Below are positions 12,844 through 25,800 of a stretch of 64,000 nt of DNA, in pieces (the first letter of the stretch is position 1; each line of letters starts with the position of its first letter). The stretch is taken from the NCBI RefSeq assembly GCF_006345805.1, contig NC_042999.1:99448001-99512000 (forward strand). Direction: 5' to 3'. Source of the stretch: Octopus sinensis (Eukaryota). Under the pieces are notes generated by a model. It saw only the letters and a program-made list of their open reading frames with translations, made no database searches and had not been told where the DNA came from. A program made the translations under genes and the position numbers.

Positions 12844-12844
<1 letters not shown>
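12712..12844. repeat. Foldback inverted repeat (~55-bp arms, ~9-nt loop)
   Basis: GGTCAAAACAGTTT..GGTACTCCGAGTTTCGTGCGTGATATTAATCCTCAGCCATT pairs with AATGGTTGAGGATTAACATCACGCTGGAAACTCAGAGTATCAAACTATTTTGACC. Confidence 0.85.
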
Positions 12845-12916
<72 letters not shown>

Positions 12917-12942
12917 CATCTATCTATCTATCTATCTATCTA
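12845..12942. repeat. (TATC)n microsatellite
   Basis: Direct reading. Others lie at ~28022-28115, ~28470-28660, ~48475-48540 and ~59840-60005. Confidence 0.95.
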
Positions 12943-13894
12943 CATATGTGTGTGTGTGCTTGTGTGTGTGTGCGTGTATAAAATTGAATTAGCCACAGAC
13001 GCTTACCTCCTTAATGTATTCATCATCCGAAAATCAATGCTATGCAGTGCTAGACGGCTGGGCCTTTGGTATGCAGATGCAGTTCATTCATCGGACATCC
13101 ACTCAGATTTCGTTCGTCAAATTTTACTTTCAAAAAAAGCCTTGTGGTAGCCAAACACTATGCTAGATGACATGTGTCTAATGTTTTGTGCAATTGGATT
13201 GAATTTAAGGTTTCGTAATACCCAAAATCAACTACTTACCTGTTTGACCATATGTGTCCGGGGCGAATTAAGCACATACACCTAAGCAGACATGCAAATA
13301 CGTTCACGTAGTCCTGCTCTAATTCGTGTTATACGAAGAAGATGGCTATCGTATGTAAAAATACTAACTCTAAAGACTATATAGAAAGTTCTTTAGGGGT
13401 TTCATATAACCAATAACAATGACAATGAATGAATCATACATTGTGGCAACTTCACAAATAAAGCATGTAAAGACACAGAACAACGCAAATATAGACGCAA
13501 AAGGCAAATAGAAAATCTAGCAAAACCGGATGCAGTTATGCAATTGACCAGTAGTAAGAGAACGATTATTAAACTAGTCATGGAAAACGATAGCTATAGA
13601 CAAAAGAACTAATTTGATCGCAAAATAAAGAAGACAATTCTTATTTGAGATGGCAGAGGTGTTACAGTTATGTAGTGAAAAGAGAATTTATTAAATAGGC
13701 AGAATAGTCTATAACATGCATCCAGTACATTCATCCAGTTTTCATTCACAAACCATATCCTTGAAATCTAGATATATGTGTATGTACTTACATATACCTA
13801 CACACATACTTAAATAAACACGTACACACACACATGTATGCATTACATATGTGTATGTGTGTGGGTGTATGTGTGCATGTTTCACATATAAATT

Positions 13895-13935
<41 letters not shown>

Positions 13936-13937
13936 GT

Positions 13938-14122
13938 CTTTACTACCCACAAGGGGCTAAACATAGAGGGAACAAACAAGGACAGACAAAGGGATTAAGT
14001 CGATTATATCGACCCCAGTGCGAAACTGGTACTTTATTTATCGACCGCGAAAGGATGAAAGGCAAAGTCGACCTCGGCGGAATTTGAACTCAGGACATAA
14101 CGTTTCTGCCAGCTCGTCACCT
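13938..14122 (-). mobile_element. MetaSINE-like SINE monomer
   Basis: The minus strand reads GAGTTCAAATTCCGCCGAGGTCGACTTTGCCTTTCATCCTTTCGCGGTCGATAAA..., with a TTTAGCCCCTTGTGGGTAGTA tail. Confidence 0.85.
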
Positions 14123-16126
14123 ATACACACACATATATATACGTGTATATATTTGTACTTATGTATGTATGTATGTATGTATGTATGTATGTATGTATGT
14201 ATGTATGTATGTATGTATGTATGTATGTATGTATGCATGTATGTATGCATGTATGTATGCATGCCTGTATCTATGCATATGCTCTACGTGTTTTTGTTGA
14301 GTGGTGAAGAACAGGAATCAGTTTATGACGAGTCAAGTGGACTAGGTGGTTTCCAATCGTACATTGTTTGAAGCAATTTGTAAAATCATTAAGTTATACA
14401 GTGCAAGGTGTCATAAACTGCTACTAATCATATCAACGTTGACGTATTGCCAAAGCCTAAATCTTTGAATTTGCTTGCTTTCCTATGTTTCCTACTTTTC
14501 TCTCTTTGGCCCCAATGTTCAGTTAGGCATTGAAGTATTAAAACAAGATGTCTTTATACCACAAAATGTAAAGAAAATATCGCAAATGTGAATCTCATAT
14601 TAAATACTTTTGAAAGACATACCGGATAATCAAATGTAGTCCTAGATAAATAACGTATAAAAAGTGAGACTTTTTTTTATAGTTTTCAGTGGAACGTCTT
14701 TTAACCTAGGTTTCCACCAAAATGGATAGCCTTGTGTTAAACGATATTATTAACAACAATTATAGCAAAGCAATTATAACGTAATGTTAAAATAGCACTT
14801 CACCGTCAATACATGATTATAGATATCCCAGCATCATTTCAATAACCAGAATGCTGGCGAATCCTTCTGCTGACACAGAACAGTGGCTTAATGAATTCGA
14901 TGACTATAATTTAGATCAACCTTCCAAAATATGAACTATATAAACGCTTGTTTGCACCTACTAGAAAAATTATGCGGTTCTTCAGCGTGTGAGATACATA
15001 CCCCTACTTTCCCGAAAGCTCTGTTCATTCTCACCTGTTTTTAGTATCCCCCCCCCCAAAAAAAAACAATGTTTTGCTATATCATGAATCACAACTCAAT
15101 GAAAAGTGTTCAGCTTCAAATATTTCAACCTCGATGTTTAAACTCTCCATTTATTCCACTAATTTACCAAGTGTCAAATTTCAAATGTATTAAAAAAATC
15201 AATTTATGATGAACTGGAGGAGAAAGCAGTTTGAGGTGTCAGCTAGTTTTAGGCTTAAAAAAAGTAGAAGGTGCCATTGTGTGAATATAACTTGTGTAAC
15301 AGCAAGATATCGAAGCATCTAAATCATACATTTCAGGGTTCAAAGTGAGTTTATGCAGGGTCTGTAATCACTTTCAGGATTCAAAGTGTAACATATTTCG
15401 AAAAAATTATGCGTTATGAGTTGAAGCGGTTAGGATGGAATAACACGTTTATTAAAAGGGAATGTTTTAGGAACTCTGAAACTAAAACCGATGTCGCTCT
15501 ACTTTTGGGAAACTACGTGTGCATTAAACGTATTAAGTTGCAATTGTCAGTATATTGGACAGCAGAAAATAAGGCAGAGGACACCTAAAAATTATTCTTG
15601 GACTTATACACGAACCAATTTTTCACTTTTCTAATACTAAATTTCGAATAGGTTTCGTACGAAAATATGGTGTTTAATCAAGCATAAAGTGTATACAGTC
15701 TACAAACTTCTATAACAAAATCTGTTTGAAATGAAAAGACTCGGGCGCAATGGGAATTTCAAAGTGTGTTTCCTGCAGGAATCATCTGAGAAAATTATTA
15801 ATATGTGAGACACAAACCTTGATATGAGTATTAGCCATCATTTAGCATTTTAAATATTCTCCATTTTATTGACAACCTCATAAAAATATAATAAATAAAG
15901 CTGATTTGATGCGGTTGGAGACGATGTCGTCTGGGAATTGATTATTAATTGGAAAGGGAAAAGAAAAAAAAAAACTCTTCCTACCAAAGCGGTAGCAGAT
16001 TTAAGAGAACACCCTGACAGTTTAAATGTTTTGTTAATTTTAACACTTTGCTTACGGAATGTAGCGAAATGGATCGGGAAAGGACGTAAAATAACTCTGT
16101 AAAACAGAGTTTAACTGAAGCGTTAA

Positions 16127-16920
16127 CTGAGCTCAATATACGCATTGGCAAGGCAGCTGCTGCGATGGCCCAACTCTCCAAACGGGCTTGGGACAACAAT
16201 AAGCTGACCAAGACCACAAAAATGAAGATCTACCAGGCATGTGTACTCAGCACTCTACTGTATGGAAGCGAGACCTGGACGCTATACACACGCCAAGAGC
16301 GTAGCCTAAACATCTTTCACCTGCGCTGCCTCCGAAAAATCCTCCACATCAAATGGCAGAATCATATCCCCAACAAAGATGTCCTCAGGCAAGCAGGAAT
16401 ACCAAGCATGTTTGCACTCCTCACACAAAGACGTATGAGATGGCTTGGGCATGTTAGCCGTATGAAAGATGGCAGAATCCCCAAGGACATACTCTACGGA
16501 GAGCTTGCTAGGGGTACTAGGTCTGTGGGTAGACCGATCTTACGTTACAAGGATGGTTGCAAAAGGGATATGAAGGCCTGCAACATCAACATTAGCGGTT
16601 GGGAGGCAGTCGCCGGCAACCGTGGAGAATGGCGACGTACAGTAAAAGAGGGTATACAGAGGAGTGACAGAAAGAGAGAGGAGAAATGGAAAGAAAGGAA
16701 GAGACATAAACAAGAGACCATGGCACTACAACCAGCCAGGAACAGTCTTCGCTACATTTGCAGTACCTGCCAGAGGGAGTGTTTGTCCAGGATAGGACTA
16801 CACAGCCACAGCAAGAAATGTAACAGGAAATAAAATATAACAGCCGGACTAGACCTAGAAAAAAAAAAAAAATGCGCAACTCCATTGTCTCCCGAGACAG
16901 AAAGGATGCCAAAACAAAAC
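16127..16920 (+). mobile_element. 5'-truncated RTE LINE (C-terminal ORF 16165-16833) with a 14-bp target-site duplication
   Basis: YQACVLSTLLYGSETW, FHLRCLRKIL, RWLGHVSRMKDGRIPKDILYGEL and a C-terminal CxxC..HxxxC. The 3' UTR reads CCATTGTCTCCCGAGACAGAAAGGATGCC. TSD AACTGAAGCGTTAA at 16113-16126 and 16921-16934. Confidence 0.92.
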
Positions 16921-17276
16921 AACTGAAGCGTTAAGGAGAGAAAAATAAAGGCTTAGAAAACAACACCGAGTTCATATTTAATAAAAAGAATGTGTAATCC
17001 TCAAGCTAACATGCAATTAGACCATTATTACAGCAATAATGTTGTGTTCAGTTTCTATGTTGACGAGGTGAGCACAGGGCACAAAAACAGTACTCACAAA
17101 CACACACAGGCACACACACACACACTGGCACACACACACACACGTATATATATATACATATATATATATAGATAGATAGTTATAGAGAGGTTATGTGCCT
17201 CCGGCCATTTGAGTCTGAGGTGTCACCTATAGAGCTATACAGCTAAGCACTCTCTGACCGGCTGTAACAAACAATC

Positions 17277-17324
<48 letters not shown>

Positions 17325-17343
17325 ATGTGTGTGTGTGTGTATG

Positions 17344-17386
<43 letters not shown>

Positions 17387-18083
17387 AAATTGATTTGTTA
17401 GATATATAGATATAAGAAAAGAGAATGGAAAAAAGTGGATGGATGAATAATTTATTTTTATGATATAAAAATATTGAAAAGTTATTTTTAAAAACATAAT
17501 GCAAATACATTTATTATAAGTTGAAAAGCTCAAAACCAGTGAAAAAATCCCGACATATACGTTTCAGTATTATCTCCTAGCTGAAAAGGAATTCTAAGTA
17601 TTTGGTTAAATGCTATGAAAGCTATCATTTTCTAACTATAGGTTGTAGTACCTCTTCAGAGTTATTATGAGCTTATAGAACTTAGGTTATCATTTTTCCT
17701 TTTGACGGATGCATACATAATTCTCTGTTTTCAGTATGCATATGTACAGAAAATGATACCTTTATTAAAATTTAAGCAAATGCTTAGAATACCTTTTCAA
17801 CTAGGAAATAGTACTGAAACATATATTTTAGCATTGCAACTTATAATTAATTTAATTATATTGTTATGTTTAAAAAACTTTTCAACATTTTTATATCATG
17901 CAAATACATTATGCAAACATTCACTTTTCTTCCCTTCAATATTACTACAATAATCCCGTACTACAATGCATTACTACAATAATCCCTAACATATAGCAGT
18001 GACTTTCGCATTATATGATAGTGATTAACGAGTGGATTCTTTGGACTATATAATCCCTAATGTGGATCTAACTTCCTCGAATT

Positions 18084-18147
<64 letters not shown>

Positions 18148-19615
18148 TCATACTCACACACACACACAGAGAAATTTTCGTTGAAATTGACTCTGTAGAA
18201 ATCTGCTCAAAGTGTGTGTGTGCACGTGCGTGTGTATTGCTGGTTGCCCATGTAAACATGAAATCAATGATTACAAACTCTGCATAAATTTGTAATGCAT
18301 ATGTCATAATCATGCTTTGATGACAATAATTTAATCGAAGGTATTCGAATGCATGCATAACCGGCATTAAACCAAGCTATCGATTCACTTTCATTGTTAT
18401 CTAAACACAAATAGATTTATATATATATATTTAGAAATAAACAACTGATATAGAAACAAATTTCGCATAAATTTTACATTCTTAAATCTTAAAATATAAA
18501 GTGACAGTTGATAATGCTGCTCTAGAAAATTTGAATATTTAAATTTGAATAGGTAGTTATGCCTGTAGTATTTTTTATAATATATCTGCATGATCAAGAC
18601 TGAGGTCAGTCTCTATCGCAACAAGAGAAAATGAAAAAACGCGAGCGCTCAAAACTGCTAGATGGTAGCTCAACTTACTTAATATATCATGCAATTGCTC
18701 CCCAGATCTTACTCTAATGTCTTAGAGAAAAGAAGGATGCATGAGATAACATGCTTTAAGAAAAACCGTATAGATATGACTGGACCGTCATTGACCAAAG
18801 ACCTGGTTTTTCAGGCCATACCTGGAGCTAAGCTAAAGCTTCTCAAATTGACAAATATCAAGCTGATCCATTGAAATATTAGTAAAATTTCTAGTCCGCA
18901 GCTTCACTCTATATTCAACAGCAGACATACTTAGTTTTACATTCATATAAGGTTTTTTTACTATGGCGTTGGACAAGTTTAAAAAGTTCAGAGTCGTAAT
19001 TTTGTTGAATACGGCGATTTGTCTTCTTCCTTTTCAACAGTGGAGAGTATATCTCACTCAGACGATCTGCTATGTGACATACGAGGCCAAACCATATGTA
19101 AAACACAGTCAGAGGTACGATTCAACAAGGGAGCTACTGCTCCCATGAGGTTACATGATCTCTTAGAGATTGTAGTAAAATTTTCCTTAAATCATAGCCT
19201 GCTGCCTTAAAAAATACGAAGGACATTGCATAATTTAGTCTTAGATTAATGGTATCTGAATACTCTTGAAATGGATTAGATTGGTATCATCAGGATAGAC
19301 AGGGATATAATAATAACAACAACAACAACAACAACAACCAAACAACGACAGTAAAATCAAACGCAGCACGCACGATTGTAAGTGGTTTACATAAGCAAAT
19401 GGTGTTTCAGATGAAATAAAATTTAATCAACACAGACGATCCTCTTGTGAAATTTACAGGAAGTGTTATATTAGCAACACGAAAAGAAGATACTGTCTGA
19501 TTTAGTAAAGTATAAATATTATTGGTGGTATCTATATCGATATATGGTAATATTGATATTTTCCTAGTTTTGGTGCTAACATAATTACTAATGAATGTGT
19601 GTATACATACATACA

Positions 19616-19646
<31 letters not shown>

Positions 19647-19669
19647 CTATCTTTCTGCTCTATCTCTCT

Positions 19670-19707
<38 letters not shown>

Positions 19708-19918
19708 ATCTGCGTGTGTGAGCATGAATTTTGTAGTAATGTTATTTGTAAACACGCAAGCCACATATGCACATATTTTTACACGTATGTACACAGTCGT
19801 TTGTAGGTATGAGTATATTACACAAAAAAATCTATACGCGAATATAGTGCTGCATTAAAATTGATACATTGTCATTAATCACCAGCTATGAATAACGTTT
19901 TATCGATGTGCATATGTG

Positions 19919-19964
<46 letters not shown>

Positions 19965-20037
19965 CACACACATATATATACGCGTGTGTGTGTATGCGTG
20001 GGTCTGTGTGTCTGTGTGTCTTTGTGTCTGTGTTTTC

Positions 20038-20097
<60 letters not shown>

Positions 20098-20454
20098 TAT
20101 GTATATGTGTGCTTGTATGTATGATGATATAAGGCTATTGATCCGTTATAACATATATTTTGTTACTTCCTTTATTAATGTCACGCATACACACACACAC
20201 GCACACACACACACACAGAAGCACAAATATACAGGCGCTTATATGTATTCAATAGGAAAGAAAGGGTTGATTTCTTCATAGTACATATCATATATATGTA
20301 TATATGTGTGTGCATATGTGTGCGTGTTTGTGTATGTATCATCATAAGTTTGTACATATGTATGCATAAAATAAGAGGAAAAGGATCAAAAGCCTTCCTC
20401 GAGGCATTGGCTCGTAATGCCTGTTCCCTGGATTCTGTGACATATATTATCCTC

Positions 20455-20620
20455 TCGATGAGATGCCGCTTCGTTGCATGATTACACAATTTTTGCCAGC
20501 TAAGTGGAGTGGAGCAACGTGAAATGAAATGTTTTGATCAGAATACAATGTATCACTGGGTCTAGGAATCGAAACCACAATCTTACAATCATGAGTGCAA
20601 CACGCTAACCACTAAACCAC
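20455..20620 (-). mobile_element. tRNA-derived SINE with a Nin-like central segment, degraded
   Basis: The minus strand has a tRNA-like head (GTGGTTTAGTGGTTAGCGTGTTGC..GGTTTCGATTCC) followed by CATTTCACGTTGCTCCACTCCACTTAGCTGG. Confidence 0.65.
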
Positions 20621-20650
20621 GCATCTCCACATACACCTACAATCATGCAA

Positions 20651-21036
20651 TCTCTCTATATATAAACGGCAGTTTGTCTGTGTGTGTTTCTGTGTGTCTG
20701 TTTGGTTGTACCCTCACCCTGACCACTGCTTTCAACCGATTCTGATGAAACTTGACACACATATAGCCCAATGTCATAATTCAAAACTAACGCAGCGAAA
20801 ATTTTGAAAAGTTCCCCCAGTTCTGAAAAAAATCGATAAATTCGACATGGGGTCGAGAATCAGAAACACAAACCACAGACTGTCTAGGGGACGCAACTCG
20901 ACCTTTTTTTACTCTCAAAAAAAAATTTACCATAATTTTTCTCCCATTTTTTTGCTATTTTTTGGCTATAACTCTCTAAAAATGCTTTATAGTTATTTCC
21001 CTTACAAACCTGAGCAACGCCGGGCGATACTGCTAG
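20651..21036 (+). mobile_element. Non-autonomous Helitron-like element
   Basis: Starts TCTCTCTATATATAAA after an A. Ends with a GC hairpin (CCTGAGCAACGCCGGG) ~10 nt before CTAG, followed by T (A|T target site, no TSD). Confidence 0.75.
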
Positions 21037-22494
21037 TGTAATATATACTTACGTTGCTATGTTGCTTATGTAAGAATGTATATATATATATATATATACG
21101 AGATGAAAAGTCATCGAAACATTAGTTTAACTTGCGGTAAATATTCCAGATTTTTTTAATGCGTCATATTTGAGGCTGGTCCTTCCCTTTTCTTTTAAAT
21201 CCACATAGATATAATATTATACCATCGACTACTTGCTAAGTTACTTTATATTCTTAGTAGTTAATTATTTTTATCAGATTAACGAAACCTGCAGTTTAGT
21301 GTAATGTGGTTCTATCTACTATGTGTGTGTATGTGTGTGTGCGCGTGTTACTCTGATTGTATTTCATAAAAGGGTTCCAGTCGTGATTTTCTTGTTGTTT
21401 TGTATATCAGAGTGTACATTATGCAATGAGCCCATTGTTTTTCAAGACAATATGATGTGATTTAATGGATATTTAACTGCAATTCTAGCTACATCTTTCT
21501 GGTAATTTCATGTTCTATGACACTAGGTTGCAGCTGTTTTTAAAAATATATAGCTGTCAAACTACAGAGATTAAATTAAAAAAAAGAAAAAAATTTTTAA
21601 CGATCTGAATTTTACTGAAATTATAAAGCTATAAACATTGGTTCCACGAATTTAGTTAACTCATAAACAACTGTGGAAATCATGAGTTGCTACAATTACA
21701 TTGATGATGATATAAATTCTTGTACAATGAAAATGGTGTCAAGTGATTGTGCTGTTAAGTAGAAGAACAGAAAGGGAAATTCGATATTCGCCGTTTCGTG
21801 CCTGACTAAATATGTAATGAGAAGATTGAAATAAAAGAAAACAAAACCAGGTTAAATGCAATGCAATAAGTGATGAGTAAGAAAAGGAAATCAGTAATAA
21901 TTACTATCTATAATCTTAAAAAGACGATCTCATAGTTTATAATTGTCAAGAGGGACGTATCGTACATTTTCGAGAACCTTAGTGTATCACCCGTATTTTG
22001 AATATTTAATTTTGTTGATGGTTCTTTACTTTCTTTTTGTTTAAATAAATGTTCACTTTTGATTTTTCTTTGTTGCTTTGGTTAATACTGATTTTCCTAG
22101 TTTCAAATATTGAGCAAAGCTCAGTGTCAGAATAAATAAATTAGAGGCTACTGATATAAATGATATTATCTCGAAAATTGAATTGTTGGCTACTTTAGAA
22201 TATGTCTACAGGAACTGAACAGAACATAACTTTATAGCAAAAAATTCAGTTATAATATATCAACATCATGATAAATATTTCTCTTTTAACAGATATGATA
22301 TTAGGATATGAAATTTAAGCACATAAGAACTTTAGTTGGGTTTTAATTCTAGAAAGAAAAAGTAATATACCCGGAAACCTATAAGGGTGTAAAGGAGCAC
22401 TAATACCATAATATTACTTCTCTTTGTCGTTGCAAACTTTTGTTCTTTTATTTATAGTTAATTCAGAAATATAGTTTATTTTTCGTCTCTTATA

Positions 22495-22725
22495 ATCTCT
22501 TATCTATTTATATAAAACTGAGAATGGGTGTCTGTCTGTCTGTGTGAGTCCCTAAAACTTGAGAACTACACAACCAATTTCATTAAAATTTTACACATGC
22601 CTTACTTAGGGTCCATGTAGTGTCATGGGCAAAAAAATGTTTAACGTCTTGCCTAGGTCGAGCCCACAGCAATATCACATCTTCTCCACTATTTCAGTAT
22701 TACGTGTTAAAAGTGAAACAAAAGC
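22495..22725 (+). mobile_element. 5' portion of a second Helitron-like non-autonomous family
   Basis: TCTTATCTATTTATATAAAACTGAGAATG followed by (TGTC)n and ACAACCAATTTCATTAAAATTTTACACA, the same 5' organisation as 20651. No 3' end seen. Confidence 0.45.
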
Positions 22726-22755
22726 ATCTCTATTGTATGTATGTATGTATGTATG

Positions 22756-22809
<54 letters not shown>

Positions 22810-22870
22810 ATTATATATATATATTATATATATATATACATGTATATATATATATATACATATATATTAT

Positions 22871-25800
22871 GTCAGGTCACCTTCGAGTGCTACTGGTAAC
22901 ATGTAACCCAGTACAACCTGTTGCATGGTCGGGTCGTCGGCGACTAAACCGGCAACCCCACCAAACTTGCTTGGTGAGGAGGGTGTTTATTGGACACCCT
23001 GCGGGATGAAAAACAAAACCCGTCAAAGGGCGGAGGACCTCTTGAGAGTCAACGGCCATCCAATAAATGTTAGCACAGGTACGTAGAAATTCCGGGGTGG
23101 TGTCCGGCGTGCTGAAAGACCACTGGGAGTGAGGCGCCCCTCAGCTTTTTTTAAAGCACGTCTCTAGGAGAAGGTCACTCTGATATAAAACCAGATATGC
23201 AGGGAATGGCATTGAACATTTTGGGGATCTTTGGTTTGTGCTAGAGATCACGGCGCTCCCACATCCCTGAGCCTGCGACTTATATTGGCACCATACATCT
23301 TGCTCCGGCTTGTCTCTGGATAATGTCAATAGAGTAGAGAGGGTCTGTGAGGTGTTGTGCAAGCCTTATTGGACCTAAAACTCTGCACAGGCATTGCCGA
23401 CCTCGTTTTTTATATATATATATCTATCTTATTTTTAGTATATATTTTCTTCACTTTTAGTATTTTTTTTATTATTATTATTCGGAAGTCCTGCGGCGAT
23501 GGGAAGGTGGTGAAGCATGCAGACCTGACGGGTTGGAAGCATGTAGTCAGCGACCTGCACGTAGGCGGCCCATGCTAGATATAAAGTCGTCTCCTTGTCG
23601 CCCAAGACAGCGGTAGGATTCGGTTGCTGCATGGGTGTCTGAGCAGCACCATTTGGAGAGGGCACTGCTCACCTGGAGACCGGGGAGGTTCTAGAAAAGG
23701 TGAACCAAAAATTGCCTGTCTTTCCATATCTGGTCAGTTTAGCGCGACTGACGGATGTCCACCCTACGCTCGAAAAACAAAGAGTCTTTTATCTATAAAA
23801 ATCTGGACGGAACTTAAACATTTTATGTTGGAATGTGCGTACTCTGTTGGACAGGAATGATTGCAGGCCTGAAAGACGCACTGCACTTGTTGCTCGTGAG
23901 CTGAACCGTTATAAAATTGATATAGCTGCACTCTCAGAGACTCGTATATAAGGTGAGGGTCAGCTTGAGGAAGTAGGAGGCGGATACACCTTTTTTTGGA
24001 AAGAAAGGCAGAAGGAGGAGCGCAGAGAGGCTGGTGTTGGTTTTGCAGTCCGATCTGATATCCTGAAGAAGTTGGAAGAGCTCCCTGTTCCTATTAATGA
24101 ACGCATAATGACCCTACGGTTGCACTTGAAAGGTAAGCGGTTTGCTACTCTAATAAGTGCCTATGTACCTACTTTGACTAGCTGTGATGAAGATAAAATA
24201 ATCTTTTATACCCAGCTGAGAGCCATACTTAGAAAAATCCCCAATTCTGATAAAGTCATTCTACTGGGGGATTTTAATGCCAGAGTTGGAACAGACTGGC
24301 AAACATGGAACTCTCTAGGACGTTTTGAAGTAGGAAAATGAATAGCAATGGTCTCATGCTGTTGGAGCTTTGCGAAGAACATGGACTTTACATTGCAAGT
24401 ACTCATTTTGTGCACAAAGGTGATCACACAACAACATGGATGCAGCCAAGGTCCAAAGTTTGGCACTTGCTAGATTACATCATCATCCGCAAGCGCGACA
24501 TTTATGACATTTGTAATGTCAAGTCCTTGCATGGATCAGAATGCTGGACAGACCACAGTCTGGTGCGAGCAAAGTTCCGAATGGTGATTAGGGCGAAAGA
24601 GAGAAGAGGACCAGTCAGCATTCCTCGCCGTCTAAATGTCCACAAGGTATATGATGGTGTGGTTAGGAAAGAGCTTCAGACTCGCTTGTCCAGCATTGAA
24701 ACTGCTGCAGCATGGAAAGATTTTCGAGACCAGGTTGTTCAATGTGCAGCCGAAACACTGGGGTATGTTACTGCCAGACACAGATACTGGTTTGATGAGA
24801 ATGATGAAGCGCCATGCCCACAGTGTGTTGCTGCACAGAGACCTGTCTACTGTGCAGCGAAGTCTAGCATTTGCCCACTATAACAGTGTAAAATCACTAC
24901 TGCAGCGATCTCTCAGGAAAATGCAGAACACTTGGTGGGAGGATCTTGCTCGTGATGTTCAGGCTGCTGCTGATGCAAATGACAGCAAGAAGCTTTACCA
25001 TCTTATGAAGCGAGCTTATGGACCTAAGAGCTCCACATCAGCTCCTTTGCTTTCCAAGGAGTCTTCCACTCTGTTTACTAAATCAACAGAAATCACAGGT
25101 CGTTGGATCTAACACTTCTCTGAACTCCTAAACCATGAGTCAGTTGTGGATGAAACAGTGATTGATACTATGAAACAAAGACCTATCATTGACTCCTTAG
25201 ACTCCTCGCCATCAATACATGAAGTAATGACATCAATAAGTAAATTGAATCTTGGTAGGGCACCTGGAAAGGATGAAATTTGTGCCGAGGTTTTGCGATT
25301 TGGTGGTAATTGCATCACACAGTCCCTTCATGAACTTATTAGTGCAGTCTGGAGGGATGGTGCAATCTCTAAGGACTGGAAGGATGCAATTATTCTTCCT
25401 CTATATAAAGGAAAAGGAGCCAGAACAATGTGTGGTAACTACAGAGGTATTGCTCTGCTATCAGCTGCTGGCAAGGTTGTGGCAAATATTCTTCTTACCC
25501 GTCTGAATGGGTGTCTCGTAAATGATGTCCTATCTGAATCTCAATGTGGCTTCCGATCTGGTAGAGGGACAATGGATATGATTTTCACAACAAGACAGAT
25601 GCAGGAGTAGTGCTATGAGCAGAATATGGATCTTGTCCAGGTATTCATTGATTTAACTAAGGCCTTTGATACTGTAAATAGGGCCTTGCTATGGAAAATA
25701 CTTGGTAAACTTGGATGTCCGGATCATTTTGTATCTATAATTAAATCATTTCATGATGGGATGGAGGCTTGGGTCAATGTTGGTGGTGCCATGGTGGGAC

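Noticed and set aside
13007-13345. Two minus-strand AG|GTAAG donor sites with upstream exon-like sequence
   Set aside because: The candidate exons have stops in most or all frames, and this number of donor-like motifs is expected by chance.
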